Made by a program: the position numbers and the translations under genes. A DNA stretch of 64,000 bases from a bacterium (GTDB lineage Bacteria; UBA8248): positions 544,001 to 608,000 of the forward strand of contig CBDCRP010000002.1 of assembly GCA_965221165.1 (NCBI GenBank), given 5' to 3'. How positions within the stretch are numbered: the first letter of the stretch is position 1; every line of letters starts with the position of its first letter. Positions 1 through 9,918 of this stretch are shown here, piece after piece. Under the pieces are notes generated by a model that worked only from the letters and a program-made list of their open reading frames with translations, was not told where the DNA came from and did no database searches.

Positions 1-521
1 TCTTCGTCCCGTTGCTCTCCGTGTTGTTGCCGATTCCGGCCATCGCGTGGACGCCCATCGTCGTCATCTGGGCGGGCATCGGGGATCAGACGGTCATCGT
101 CATCACGGCCTTCGCCTCCTTCCTGCCCATCGCCATGGCCGTCTGGACGGGCGTGAAAACCGTGAACCCGGTATGGATACGCGCGGCCCAGTCGATGAAC
201 GCGGACAAGATGACGATTTTCCGCACCGTCGTCCTGCCCGGCTCGCTGCCGATGATCCTGAGCGGTCTGCGCATCGGCCTGGCGCGCGCCTGGCGCGCAG
301 GGGTCGGAGCCGAGGCGTTCGCCGGCATCCGCTGGGGACTTTCCGCCGGCATCTTCGACGCGCAGGAATACCTCGACATCGCGTTCATGATGGTCGCGCT
401 CGCCGTTCTCGGTCTTTTCGGTTTCATTCTCGAAAAGGTGCTCTTCCAGCCCATCGAAAGCCGCACCGTCATCCGCTGGGGCATGATGGAGGCGATGGGC
501 GCGCAGGACAAGAAGGTGTAA
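1..521 (+). CDS. ABC transporter permease, NitT/TauT/SsuC family (5' truncated by window)
   Basis: Hydrophobic helices, PIPAIAWTP motif and EAA-like loop (IRAAQSMNA...VVLPGSLP..LSGLRIG); TAA at 519-521. Confidence 0.9.
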   Translation, partial: FVPLLSVLLPIPAIAWTPIVVIWAGIGDQTVIVITAFASFLPIAMAVWTGVKTVNPVWIRAAQSMNADKMTIFRTVVLPGSLPMILSGLRIGLARAWRAGVGAEAFAGIRWGLSAGIFDAQEYLDIAFMMVALAVLGLFGFILEKVLFQPIESRTVIRWGMMEAMGAQDKKV

Positions 522-546
522 TCGGGCAAGTTCAAACGCTCACCGG

Positions 547-579
547 CCGGGCGCGGCGAGAGTCGCGCCCGGTTTTTTT
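547..579 (+). terminator. Intrinsic terminator of the permease gene
   Basis: GC-rich stem ccgggcgcg...cgcgcccgg followed by a T7 tract, about 25 nt after the stop. Confidence 0.85.
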
Positions 580-633
580 GTTTGCGAAAGGAGATGATCC
601 ACGCACGGCACGTGTTGTTCCACCGTCCATGCT

Positions 634-763
634 GGGGTTGCTGAAAAAATCCCCCAAAACAGGGAATGGATTTCTCAATCGACATGCGCTTATGAAATGA
701 CTCCCCCCTCCCCGGTTGGCTACATACGCCAAATCACGAAATCAGGACTTTTTCAACAGCCCC
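634..763. mobile_element. Non-autonomous MITE (130 bp) with IS5/IS1182-like ends
   Basis: Left end GGGGTTGCTGAAAAAATCC and right end GGACTTTTTCAACAGCCCC are 16/19 inverted matches; ATGCT direct repeats at 629-633 and 764-768; no transposase. Confidence 0.75.
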
Positions 764-894
764 ATGCTGCGGCGCATGAGCGTGTAGCGGGCGCCTCGGG
801 AAGCGCTATGGGCGTCAGCGAGGTGGCGCAGAGGAGGAGGAGTCGAGAGAAGAGACATCCTCGATATTCCAAGGGAGCATCCGGCTCCAGCAAT

Positions 895-935
895 AAGAAA
901 CCCCCGGGAGCCCACGCCCCCGGGGGTTTTCTCTT
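895..935 (-). terminator. Hairpin terminator, probably bidirectional, after the binding-protein gene
   Basis: aaacccccggg...cccgggggttt stem with A-rich and T-rich flanks, lying between convergent genes. Confidence 0.8.
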
Positions 936-952
936 GCGTCTTGTCCGTTCGC

Positions 953-1942
953 CTAGTTGAAGCCGATGTCCTTCGCGGCCTTGCGGAGGATGGAGTCATC
1001 CAGGTACGGACTCTTGGTGAAGTCGGGGTGGCTCTTGATCCAGCCGAGCTTGATCTGCTTATCGCCCATGTCGTTCAGGTATTTCTTCACCTCGTCACTC
1101 AGGAAAACCTCCGTCTTGAGCTTTTTAACGACCTTGAGAGTGGTGCTCACCTTGGCCTTGTCGCCGACTTCCTGCAGCGCCCTGGTGTAGACCTTGGCGT
1201 AGGTCTTCGGGTCATTCTTGAGCAACTGGTGCGCCTTCAGCCAGCCCCTGAAATACTTGTAATAGAGATCGGGGTGCTTCTTGATGGTCTGGGGGTTGCC
1301 CACGTGCATCATTCTCGTATTGTCGTACTTGCACAGATCCTCGAGATAGCGAATCAGGCCCTGCTCGCGGGCGATTTCACCCTGCGGCTCGCCGACCATG
1401 GCCGCCTGGGCGGCGCCGGATATCAGAGCGGCGATGCGCTCGGTGGTGCGGACGCTCAGGAGCGGGAAATCCGAGCGTTTCAGGCCATGCGCGGGAATGA
1501 CGTAGGACTGAAACGCGAAGTCCGTGCTCGTGCCCTTCTTGTTGGCGAACACCGAGCCTTTGAGGTCCTTCAAGCTCTTGGCCTTCGAGTTCACAGGCAC
1601 GATGATGGCGACCATGCCGCAGATGTTCGCCGTCACCCCGATGGCGGTCACCCGCGCGCCCTTGGAGATCGCCGTGGTGAAGGGCGAGAAGCCCGTGGTG
1701 CCGGTATCCAGATTATTCTGGATGATGGCGTTGCGCATCAGTTTGCCCTGCTTGAAGTGGCCCATCGTGTACTTTAAGCCCTCTTTTTTCCAGTAGCCCA
1801 TGCGGTCGGCGATGACCTCGAAAGACCCCATCAGGGCCCTGTGCGCGCCGATGCGCAGCGTCGCCGACTCGGCGGGCGCAACCACCACGAACGTGCTCGC
1901 TACGAACGCGGCGGCCAGTGCGAAACCAACAAGTCTTTTCAT
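953..1942 (-). CDS. ABC transporter substrate-binding protein, NitT/TauT/SsuA family
   Basis: Signal peptide MKRLVGFALAAAFVAS...AESA, AAGGAGG SD, SsuA-like motifs (KSLKDLKG..KGTSTD, AAMVGEP). Confidence 0.85.
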   Translation of the reverse strand: MKRLVGFALAAAFVASTFVVVAPAESATLRIGAHRALMGSFEVIADRMGYWKKEGLKYTMGHFKQGKLMRNAIIQNNLDTGTTGFSPFTTAISKGARVTAIGVTANICGMVAIIVPVNSKAKSLKDLKGSVFANKKGTSTDFAFQSYVIPAHGLKRSDFPLLSVRTTERIAALISGAAQAAMVGEPQGEIAREQGLIRYLEDLCKYDNTRMMHVGNPQTIKKHPDLYYKYFRGWLKAHQLLKNDPKTYAKVYTRALQEVGDKAKVSTTLKVVKKLKTEVFLSDEVKKYLNDMGDKQIKLGWIKSHPDFTKSPYLDDSILRKAAKDIGFN

Positions 1943-2248
1943 GCTTTTTCCTCCTTGGTGTGGATAAAGACTTCCATGGATAGCCAATGTATCACACGAA
2001 GACACAGGTTCGGCGATGCTATAGCACCATCGACATCCTGACAACCTATGCCAGGTAAGTGGGTAATCTCCGCTTACTATGTAGGAAAGCGAAATTCCAT
2101 CTATATATAAATTCGATATTCTTATAAATTAGTATACCAAAATCCCGCCGAAAACCAAATCTCGCCCAAAGCTGATATCGGGATGGGGACCGGCGGCGTC
2201 TTGGTCCCGAATCCACAAGAAGCGGAGAATTCAGGACGGCGGGAAAAG

Positions 2249-2326
2249 TGGCGGGGCTGACGGGACTCGAACCCGCGATCTCTGGCTTGACAGGCCAGCG
2301 CGATAACCAAACTTCGCTACAGCCCC
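2249..2326 (-). tRNA. tRNA-Asp(GTC)
   Basis: GGGGCTG/CAGCCCC acceptor stem, anticodon arm CTGGC-CTGTCAA-GCCAG, GGTTCGAGTCC T arm, encoded CCA. Confidence 0.97.
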
Positions 2327-2364
2327 CACGGGAAAAATTTTGAAAACCGCCCGAAGAATGTCGG

Positions 2365-2394
2365 TTTATATCCCGCTCTCGGGCTCTAAGTCAA
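2365..2394 (-). promoter_or_regulatory. sigma70-like promoter for tRNA-Asp
   Basis: TTGACT-N18-TATAAA on the minus strand. Confidence 0.55.
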
Positions 2395-2458
2395 CACGAA
2401 AGGCTACATTTCACCTCAAAGCGGCAAACACGGCGCTTCCCTGTGGATGAGACGCCGC

Positions 2459-3517
2459 TCAGCCCAGGACCGAGCCGAGAGACTCTCCTTGCGCGAGGCG
2501 CGCCACTCCCCGCTCCGTCACCAGGGCGTCCACAAAACGCGCGGGCGTCACGTCGAACGCGGGGTTGAAGACGCGCACGCCCTCGGGAGCGACGGGCGCG
2601 CCGCCAAAGGAGCGAACTTCCTCCTCCGGGCGCTCTTCTATGGGAATGTCCGCGCCCCCAATCGTCTCCATGTCGATGGTGCTCGTCGGCGCCGCGACGT
2701 AAAAAGGAACCCCATGCTCCCTGGCGAGCACCGCGAGACCATAGGTGCCGATTTTGTTGGCGACGTCCCCGTTTGCGGCCACGCGGTCCGCACCGACGAC
2801 GATCGCGTCGATTCTTCCCAGGCTCATGCAATGCGCGGCCATGTTGTCGGTGATGAGTACGACGGGAATGCCGTCGCGGCTCAACTCCCAGGCGGTGAGT
2901 CGCGCTCCCTGCAGAAAAGGCCTCGTCTCGTCCACGAAGACCTCGCGCACACGCCCGTCCCGGAAGCCGCTGCGAATCACGCCGCCCGCCGTGCCGTACC
3001 CGGCGGTCGCCAGCGCGCCCGCGTTGCAATGGGTGAGAACGCTGCTCCCCTCCGGCAACAGCACGGCGCCCAGATCGCCAATCCTGCGGCAAACCGCCAC
3101 GTCCTCCTCATGCATCTCTTTCGCCAGGCGGAGCAGTTCCTCGGCCAGCGCTTCGGGCGCGGAGTCGCTTTTGTCGACGTGCGCCTTCATTTTTTCAATC
3201 GCCCAGAAAAGATTCACCGCCGTGGGGCGCGTGGCGCCCAACACCCGGGCCGCCCGTTCGAGCGCCTCGCGCTGCGCATCGGCTCCCGAACCCGCATGGC
3301 GGGCGGCGGCCAGGGCCATGCCGTAGCCCGCCGCTATCCCGATGGCGGGCGCGCCGCGCACCACCATGGTCTTGATGGCCTCGGCCACCTCCTCTTCCGT
3401 GCGGCATTCGTGATAAACCTCATCAAGGGGAAGTTTCCGCTGATCGATCAAGACGAGAGCGCCGCCTCGAAACGCGATGCTATGGAAGTTTGCCTCAATC
3501 TCTTTTTTCCCGGCCAT
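2459..3517 (-). CDS. mtnA: S-methyl-5-thioribose-1-phosphate isomerase
   Basis: MVVRGAPAIG, TRPTAVNL, LTHCNAGALAT, ETRPFLQGARLT and NKIGTY motifs. Confidence 0.95.
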   Translation of the reverse strand: MAGKKEIEANFHSIAFRGGALVLIDQRKLPLDEVYHECRTEEEVAEAIKTMVVRGAPAIGIAAGYGMALAAARHAGSGADAQREALERAARVLGATRPTAVNLFWAIEKMKAHVDKSDSAPEALAEELLRLAKEMHEEDVAVCRRIGDLGAVLLPEGSSVLTHCNAGALATAGYGTAGGVIRSGFRDGRVREVFVDETRPFLQGARLTAWELSRDGIPVVLITDNMAAHCMSLGRIDAIVVGADRVAANGDVANKIGTYGLAVLAREHGVPFYVAAPTSTIDMETIGGADIPIEERPEEEVRSFGGAPVAPEGVRVFNPAFDVTPARFVDALVTERGVARLAQGESLGSVLG

Positions 3518-3559
3518 TCATTTTCTCTCATTCATGGTTTCGTGCGAGTGCGTGTCTCC

Positions 3560-3853
3560 CTATGCCATCGAGCTCAGGATATCTTTCATCTCTTCGATGC
3601 CCAGGCCTGAGATTTTCAGGCGTTTCCTGCGCGCGCTCACACCTGAGGTGATTCGTATGGCGCGCTTTGGAATCTTCATTTTCCGGGAGAACAACTCGAT
3701 GCACTGCTTGTTGGCGGCCCCGTCGACAGGCGGCGCAGTCAGCCGCACCCGCAGGGCGCCGTCTTGAACTCCACTGATTTCCGTCTTGGATGAGCGCGGC
3801 TGAACCCGAACCTCAAAGCTGACGCCGTCCGCCTCCTCGCGGAGGCCGATCAC
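3560..3853 (-). CDS. yggU: DUF167/YggU family protein
   Basis: VRVQPRSS...APPVDGAAN...G..R.K motif; conserved position after divIVA. Confidence 0.9.
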   Translation of the reverse strand: MIGLREEADGVSFEVRVQPRSSKTEISGVQDGALRVRLTAPPVDGAANKQCIELFSRKMKIPKRAIRITSGVSARRKRLKISGLGIEEMKDILSSMA

Positions 3854-4428
3854 GACGCATCGCCCTCCGCTTTCTGGTTCAACTTGATGACGTTTTCACT
3901 TTCCTCGTCAGCAACTTCTTCGCTTTCCTCTTCGAGGAGTCGGGTGAGGTCGACCCCCATGCGGACGCCCTCGACTTCGAGCGTCCGAATTTGAGAGAGA
4001 AACGTCTCGTACAGATCCGTGAGAAGCTTTTCCCTCCGCTCCGTTAAACCCGCTATCTCCTCACGCAGCTTTTTGGTATCTTTTTCGGCCTGCGCGCGAA
4101 TCTTCTCCGCGTCGACCTTGGCCTCTTTGATCATCTCTTCGGCGTCGGTTTCCGCTTTCTCCACCATTTCGCCGGATTTGGCCGTGGCCTGATCTCTCAG
4201 TTCATTCACGGAGATGAGGATTTTCTGCAGGTTGGCGTACTCTTCTCTCAAACCATTATATTGCTCGAACAGGTCCTTGCATTGCAGGCTGAGTTGTTCG
4301 TTCTTCCGCACGGACTGATCCAGCCAGTCGGCCACCTTGAACAAGAACGCATCGACTTCGAGACGATCATAGCCCCGCATTTTATTCGAAAATCTATGGC
4401 TTCGAACGTCGTTGCCGGTGTATTTCAT
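3850..4428 (-). CDS. divIVA: DivIVA-domain coiled-coil protein
   Basis: N-terminal F...MRGYD..EVD.FL motif followed by a long coiled coil; start placed at ATG 4428. Confidence 0.88.
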   Translation of the reverse strand: MKYTGNDVRSHRFSNKMRGYDRLEVDAFLFKVADWLDQSVRKNEQLSLQCKDLFEQYNGLREEYANLQKILISVNELRDQATAKSGEMVEKAETDAEEMIKEAKVDAEKIRAQAEKDTKKLREEIAGLTERREKLLTDLYETFLSQIRTLEVEGVRMGVDLTRLLEEESEEVADEESENVIKLNQKAEGDAS

Positions 4429-4450
4429 CTGCAGGCTCCCAAAGCGAAAA

Positions 4451-4747
4451 TCAACGCAACAGCTTTGCCAGGTCAAAGATACTCTGTACCACGAAACTTT
4501 GCAAAAAGAATATGATCAACAAAACCACAATCGGACTCGCGTCGATGCCTCCGATGTTCGGCATCCGGTAGCGAACCGGAGCCAGCACCGGCTCCGTCAA
4601 ACGATACAATATCTGAACTATCGGATTGTAGGGGTCCGGGTTCACCCACGACAAGAGCGCGCGAATGATGATGATCCAGATATAGATGGTGAGCAGATAG
4701 CTGAGAATCACGCCGATTCCGTTCATGAAATTCGATATCAAAAACAC
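4451..4747 (-). CDS. yggT: YggT family membrane protein
   Basis: RALLSWVNPDPYNPIV...TEPVL.P.R...IDASP motif. Confidence 0.93.
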   Translation of the reverse strand: MFLISNFMNGIGVILSYLLTIYIWIIIIRALLSWVNPDPYNPIVQILYRLTEPVLAPVRYRMPNIGGIDASPIVVLLIIFFLQSFVVQSIFDLAKLLR

Positions 4748-4774
4748 GACCGACCCCTTGTGTCAAAAAACGGG

Positions 4775-5581
4775 CTAGCCACGGCCCAACTCTTCGCTCC
4801 TGCGCGCGGCGGCGCTCACGGCGTTCATGACGGCGGAGCGCAGCCCCCCGTTTTCGAGCGCGTGCAATCCGGCGATGGTCGTTCCCCCGGGCGAGGCGAC
4901 CATATCCTTCAGGCGGCCCGGATGCTCCCCCGTCTCGAGAAGCATTTTGGCGGATCCCAAAACGGTTTGGGCCGCCAGAAGCATCGCCTCCTCACGCGGC
5001 AGACCCGCTCTCACCCCGCCGTCCGCCAGCGCCTCGATGAACTGAAAAACATACGCGGGGCCACTGCCCGACAAACCCGTCACGGCATCCATCAACGACT
5101 CAGGCAAAACCACTGCCTTGCCGACAGACTCTAAAAGTCGCCTGGCTTGCGATAGATCCGATTCCGACGCCGCGCCGCCCGCGCATAGCCCCGCGGCGCC
5201 TTCTCCCACGAGGGCGGGCGTATTCGGCATGACGCGGACGATACGCGCCTCATCGCCAAAAATCCCAATAAACCGGCTCGTGGGCGCGCCTGCGACGACG
5301 GAAATCAAGAGCGGGCAGTGCGCCAGGGCGTCCTTCAGCCTGTCCAGAACCACGCCCAGCACCTGCGGCTTCACGGCAATCACCACCTTGTCCGCCTCCG
5401 GGGCCGCCTCCGCCCCATCGGACACTACGTGAAATCCCGACGTTTCCCGTAGATGCTCGGCGCGTTCGGCAAGGGGTTCCGCGATGATGATATCATCGAC
5501 GTTCGCATAGGCGGAATTCACTATGCCCATGGCGAGCGCTTCGCCCATGTTTCCACCACCCACTACGAGTATTTCCGCCAT
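4775..5581 (-). CDS. proC: Pyrroline-5-carboxylate reductase
   Basis: GGGNMG, AVKPQ, RVMPNTP, GLSGSGPAY and SPGGTT motifs. Confidence 0.97.
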   Translation of the reverse strand: MAEILVVGGGNMGEALAMGIVNSAYANVDDIIIAEPLAERAEHLRETSGFHVVSDGAEAAPEADKVVIAVKPQVLGVVLDRLKDALAHCPLLISVVAGAPTSRFIGIFGDEARIVRVMPNTPALVGEGAAGLCAGGAASESDLSQARRLLESVGKAVVLPESLMDAVTGLSGSGPAYVFQFIEALADGGVRAGLPREEAMLLAAQTVLGSAKMLLETGEHPGRLKDMVASPGGTTIAGLHALENGGLRSAVMNAVSAAARRSEELGRG

Positions 5582-5674
5582 ATTTGAAAAACCTTCCGCA
5601 CGTGAGTTCGAAATTGCTCCGAACGCTAGAAATAATCCACCCTACTGAAATTATTAGCGTAATTCAAATTCGCC

Positions 5675-6391
5675 TCAGTTCGTTCCTCTCGGACCGAAAA
5701 TGGCCGTGCCGATGCGAACGAGGGTTGCTCCCTCCTGTATCGCGACTTCGAAGTCGTTCGACATGCCCATCGACAACTCCTTGACGTGGAAGAACCCGGC
5801 GTTACGGGCCTCATCCCTCAGCTTTCTCAACAACTCGAAATGAGGGCGGCTCTCCTCCGCCCCACGACCCAGTGGAGGGATGCACATCAAGCCAATCACC
5901 CGCAGAGATTCCAGTTCTGACACCTCCCGTACGAGCGTCATCGCATCCACCAGCGAAACCCCTCCCTTTTGGGCTTCTTCCCCCGTATTCACCTGGATGA
6001 AGATTTCCAGCAGGTCCTTCTCCGAAGTATCCACGCGCTTGTTCAGCTCCCACGCGAGAGCAAGTGAATCGACGGATTCCACCACGTCGAACAGTCCAGG
6101 GACGACGCGGGCCTTGTTCCTTTGCAGGCTGCCGATGAGATGCCACTTCACTCTGCCCGCGATTTCAGGGTCAATATCGTCCTTTTTACGCTGGGCTTCC
6201 TGCACACGGTTCTCCCCCAGAATATCGACGCCCGCCTCGATGGCTTCTACGACGCGCTCGGGGGGCTGCGTCTTACTGACGGCCAGAAGGCGAATTTCAT
6301 CGGGATTTCGGCCAGAGGCGAAGGCGGCATCCGCTACGCGCCCCTTCACCATCCCGTATCGTTCTCGAATCACATCCATCGCTTTCCTCAT
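5675..6391 (-). CDS. yggS: PLP homeostasis protein, YggS family
   Basis: LLAVSKT, GENRVQE, WHLIGSLQRNK, LSMGMSND and VRIGTAIFG motifs; start chosen at the ATGA overlap with pgeF. Confidence 0.95.
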   Translation of the reverse strand: MRKAMDVIRERYGMVKGRVADAAFASGRNPDEIRLLAVSKTQPPERVVEAIEAGVDILGENRVQEAQRKKDDIDPEIAGRVKWHLIGSLQRNKARVVPGLFDVVESVDSLALAWELNKRVDTSEKDLLEIFIQVNTGEEAQKGGVSLVDAMTLVREVSELESLRVIGLMCIPPLGRGAEESRPHFELLRKLRDEARNAGFFHVKELSMGMSNDFEVAIQEGATLVRIGTAIFGPRGTN

Positions 6392-7185
6392 GAGCCTATC
6401 CATATCACCGACAACAACCGTCCCGTGGGTGGTCCGTCGCGGCGGTAGGAGAAAAGTCGCGATGATTCAGAGAAAGTGCAAGGCCCCGGCGCGCCAATCT
6501 GGTTTTCCGGAATCCCCGCCGACGTCAACTGAAGCCTCGCCGCACGGGGCAGATTCAGCAGCCATTTGCCTTGCCCCAAGGGTACCGTGAAATCTTTCCA
6601 GTTTCGGTACTGCGCGCGAAACGGCGGCAAACACTCCTCTCCCACCTCGTAGCGATTCCCTGAAATGGCGGGGCCGAGCGCGGCCCGTAAATCCCGGGGC
6701 TCACACCCGTATTCCTGCTTCATCCGCTCAATCGTCCTGGGCAAAACTCCGTCGGCCACACCCTTTCGCCCCGCATGAACGGCAGCGACGGCCATTTTCC
6801 GGGCATCCGCGATGAGTACGGGAATGCAATCCGCGGTCTGAACCGCCAGCCCCAGACCCGAAACATTCGTAATCAAGGCGTCGCCACACGCTTTTTCATC
6901 GGGGGAAACATCCTCGGCCACGAGGACATCGCTCCCGTGCACTTGTTTTATTTCCACCAGGCGTCCCGACGGAAATTGGGCGGCTTCAAAAAAACGCCTT
7001 CTGTTTTCAGCCACATTTTTGGGGGCTTCGCCCTTCGAGCGCCCTAAATTCAAGGAACGGAAGCTTCCCTCGCTCACCCCTCCCTTTCGGGTGCTGAACG
7101 CGTGACGCAAAAAGTCAAGTTCTCCGAGCAGGGGCGACCTGAAAAACTCAACGCCGCCGGCTTCCCGGCCCTCCAAAGAATTCAT
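6388..7185 (-). CDS. pgeF: Peptidoglycan editing factor / purine nucleoside phosphorylase, YfiH family
   Basis: HAFSTRKGGVS, QVHG, TADCIPV, HAG, YEVG, CT and FSYRR motifs. Confidence 0.93.
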   Translation of the reverse strand: MNSLEGREAGGVEFFRSPLLGELDFLRHAFSTRKGGVSEGSFRSLNLGRSKGEAPKNVAENRRRFFEAAQFPSGRLVEIKQVHGSDVLVAEDVSPDEKACGDALITNVSGLGLAVQTADCIPVLIADARKMAVAAVHAGRKGVADGVLPRTIERMKQEYGCEPRDLRAALGPAISGNRYEVGEECLPPFRAQYRNWKDFTVPLGQGKWLLNLPRAARLQLTSAGIPENQIGAPGPCTFSESSRLFSYRRDGPPTGRLLSVIWIGS

Positions 7186-7326
7186 TTGCGACTCATTCCG
7201 GCCGGCGAGAAATCATAGAACATAGCTGAACAAACCCCTTGGATGAGGGATGACGAAACACCGCCAGTCGCCATCGGCGCGGACGAATCATCTCCTATGG
7301 ACGAATATGCCCTTCGCACGATTCTC

Positions 7327-7355
7327 ATTATAAGGAGAGGCTGGTGAAGCTACAA
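7327..7355 (-). promoter_or_regulatory. Internal sigma70-like promoter for the pgeF block
   Basis: TTGTAG-N17-TATAAT on the minus strand, between ftsZ and pgeF. Confidence 0.6.
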
Positions 7356-7387
7356 GAAACGAGCACTTGCTTTCCAGGATGGCGGGG

Positions 7388-7413
7388 CTGGGGGAGAATG
7401 GACTCTCCCCCAG
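7388..7413 (-). other. Perfect 10-bp hairpin in the ftsZ 3' UTR
   Basis: CTGGGGGAGA-N6-TCTCCCCCAG; no U tract on either side. Confidence 0.6.
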
Positions 7414-7480
7414 TCGTGTCCATGGGGAATGCGTCGCCGAGCGCGAGAGAGGTCCTCCCGGCCAAACGACGTTGGGGGGT

Positions 7481-8629
7481 TTAGTCAACCTGCTTGCGCA
7501 GGAAGGTGGGCACGTCCAGATCGTCATCCTCCAACTCATACGGAACACCCGATTGCGGCTTATTGTTTTTCAGGCGGATATATGCCGGAACCGAGATTTT
7601 TCCGCCCTCGGTGCCTGTGGCTTCCGCTCCCAGAGGGGGAACTTCGCGAATCGATTCCCGCCCAAAGCCCGTCGCGATGACGGTCACGCAAATCTCGTTT
7701 TCCATGTTCGCGTCAATCACCGAACCGAAAATGATATTGGCTTCATGGTGCGCTTTTTCATGGACGAGTTTGCAGGCCTCGTTCACCTCGAAGAGCGAGA
7801 GATCTTTGCCACCGGAGATGTTGATAAGCACACCCCGGGAACCCTCGATGGTTCCCTCTTCGAGCAACGGACTGTTGATGGCGTTTTGCGCGGCGATGAC
7901 GGCGCGATTTTCACCCTGGCCCGTACCACTACCCATAAGCGCCTTGCCGCCCATATCGCGCATGACGGTGCGCACGTCGGCGAAGTCGAGATTGATCAGA
8001 CCAGGCGTGGTGATGAGGTCGGCAATTCCCTTGCAGGCCTGCAACAAGACGTTGTTCGCCTTCTCGAAAGCCTCCGTCATGGGTGTCGAACGCTCAACCA
8101 TTCCCAGGAGACGCTGGTTGGGGATGGTGATGAGCGTATTCACGGCATCGCGCAACTCCTCAATCCCCTCTTCGGCCTGATGCATCCGACGCGGCCCCTC
8201 GAACTCGAAGGGCTTGGTAACGACTCCCACCGTCAGCACACCCGCTTCTTTCGCGATGCGCGCGAGGACGGGAGCGGCCCCCGTGCCCGTGCCGCCGCCC
8301 ATGCCAGCGGTGACGAACACCATTTCCAGGTTCTGCATGAAATCCGATAGCCGCTCGGTGTCCTCCAAGGCGGCTTTTCTGCCGATTTCCGGGTTTCCGC
8401 CAGCCCCCAGTCCGTTCGTCAATTCATTGCCAAGCTGAATTTTGTCGGACGCGAGAGAGCGCTCCAAAACCTGGGCGTCCGTGTTGGCGGCTACGAACTG
8501 AACGCCCTCCATGCCCGATGAAATCATGGTATTGACGGCGTTGCCTCCGCCACCGCCTACGCCGACGACAGCGATTCTCGCGCTACATGGCGTTTCCTGC
8601 TCCAATTCAAAAAATGTCGATTCACTCAT
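7481..8629 (-). CDS. ftsZ: Cell division protein FtsZ
   Basis: [10 protein letters not shown], tubulin signature GGGTGTG, NLDFAD, C-terminal [10 protein letters not shown]. Confidence 0.98.
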   Translation of the reverse strand: MSESTFFELEQETPCSARIAVVGVGGGGGNAVNTMISSGMEGVQFVAANTDAQVLERSLASDKIQLGNELTNGLGAGGNPEIGRKAALEDTERLSDFMQNLEMVFVTAGMGGGTGTGAAPVLARIAKEAGVLTVGVVTKPFEFEGPRRMHQAEEGIEELRDAVNTLITIPNQRLLGMVERSTPMTEAFEKANNVLLQACKGIADLITTPGLINLDFADVRTVMRDMGGKALMGSGTGQGENRAVIAAQNAINSPLLEEGTIEGSRGVLINISGGKDLSLFEVNEACKLVHEKAHHEANIIFGSVIDANMENEICVTVIATGFGRESIREVPPLGAEATGTEGGKISVPAYIRLKNNKPQSGVPYELEDDDLDVPTFLRKQVD

Positions 8630-8676
8630 TTTCCCCCCCTTCGATCCTGGAAAGCGCACCCCGCTCCCCTCTATGA

Positions 8677-9918
8677 TCATTTGAATACACTAGCCAAAAC
8701 ATGGCGGATTCTTTCAGTTGTTTGACGGATTGGGCCATTCGAAACCCCGGTCGTGAGACCGCGGCGCTTTGGGACGCCGGTTTTCATGGCATATTTCACG
8801 AGGCCCACGGCGGTGGAGTACATGGGTCCGTTTACCATATCCACCAACCCGCTTATGCCGCCGGGAACACCGAGCCTTACCGGAAGCTGAAGCACGCCCT
8901 CGGCCAGTTCCTCGGCGCTCTCGATGATGCTCGCTCCACCCGTGAGCACAACGCCAGCGGGGAGGAGATCCTCCATGCCGCTTTTTTGGATCTCGCGTCG
9001 GATGAGCGTCAGTATCTCCTCCATACGGGGTTCGATGATCTCGGCGAGCATCTGCCGGCTCAACACGCGCGGCGCGCGACCACCCACACTGGGCACTTCG
9101 ATCTCCTCATCGTGCGATACCTGGGCGGCGAGGGCACAGCCGTATTCCTGCTTGATTCTCTCCGCCTGATAGTCCGGTGTCCTCAAACCTATCGCGATAT
9201 CCCTCGTAATGTGGTTGCCGCCCACGGGAACGACGGCCGAATAGCGCAGCGCGCCCGCACTGATGACGGCGATGTCTGCGGTGCCGCTTCCAATGTCCAC
9301 GATGGCCACGCCCAGGTCACGCTCATCATCGCTCAGGGCGGCCAGCGACGAGGCGAAAGGCTGAAGAACCAGACGCTCGACGCTCAAGCCCGCCCTTTCG
9401 ACGCTACGGGTGATGTTCTGAATTGCGGGAATCGCGCCCGTCACGACGTGGACCTTGCACTCCAGGCGCACACCAGCCATTCCCGCGGGCTCTGTGACGC
9501 CTTCTTGTTCATCGACGATATATTCCTGTGGCAGGACATGGATGATTTCGTGATCCGTCGGCATCGTGACCGCGCGCGCCTGCTCGACGACACGGTCGAT
9601 ATCCTCTTGCGTCACAATCTTGTTTTTAATCGCCACGATGCCGTTGGTGTTGAAACTGCGAATGTGTCCCCCCGCCACACCGACGAACGCAGACCGTATG
9701 GGCGAACCGCTGATGAACTCCGCCTCTCCCACCGCCGTTTGAACTGACTCCACCGTCTGATCGATATTCACCACTGAGCCCCGGTTGAGTCCTTTCGAGG
9801 CGGTTTTTCCCAAACCTACGATTTCAAGCGAGCCATCTTCACTCACCTCGGCAACGACCACACAGATTTTCGAGGTGCCGATATCCAGGCCCACCAGCAC
9901 ATCGCCTTGTTTGCTCAT
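8677..9918 (-). CDS. ftsA: Cell division protein FtsA
   Basis: [14 protein letters not shown] and VLTGG motifs; C-terminal amphipathic helix. Confidence 0.97.
   Translation of the reverse strand: MSKQGDVLVGLDIGTSKICVVVAEVSEDGSLEIVGLGKTASKGLNRGSVVNIDQTVESVQTAVGEAEFISGSPIRSAFVGVAGGHIRSFNTNGIVAIKNKIVTQEDIDRVVEQARAVTMPTDHEIIHVLPQEYIVDEQEGVTEPAGMAGVRLECKVHVVTGAIPAIQNITRSVERAGLSVERLVLQPFASSLAALSDDERDLGVAIVDIGSGTADIAVISAGALRYSAVVPVGGNHITRDIAIGLRTPDYQAERIKQEYGCALAAQVSHDEEIEVPSVGGRAPRVLSRQMLAEIIEPRMEEILTLIRREIQKSGMEDLLPAGVVLTGGASIIESAEELAEGVLQLPVRLGVPGGISGLVDMVNGPMYSTAVGLVKYAMKTGVPKRRGLTTGVSNGPIRQTTERIRHVLASVFK

Noticed and set aside
592-779. 16-codon peptide (MIHARHVLFHRPCCGA) restored if the MITE is removed
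   Set aside because: The SD abuts the ATG, it lies right after a terminator, and it is too short to support.
1959-1967. Perfect DnaA box TGTGGATAA upstream of the binding-protein gene (also TTGTCCACA at 52627-52635)
   Set aside because: Isolated single 9-mers, compatible with chance.
2040-2248. tRNA-Asp 3' flank as an island integration site
   Set aside because: AT-rich, but no integrase and no duplicated tRNA 3' end within the window.
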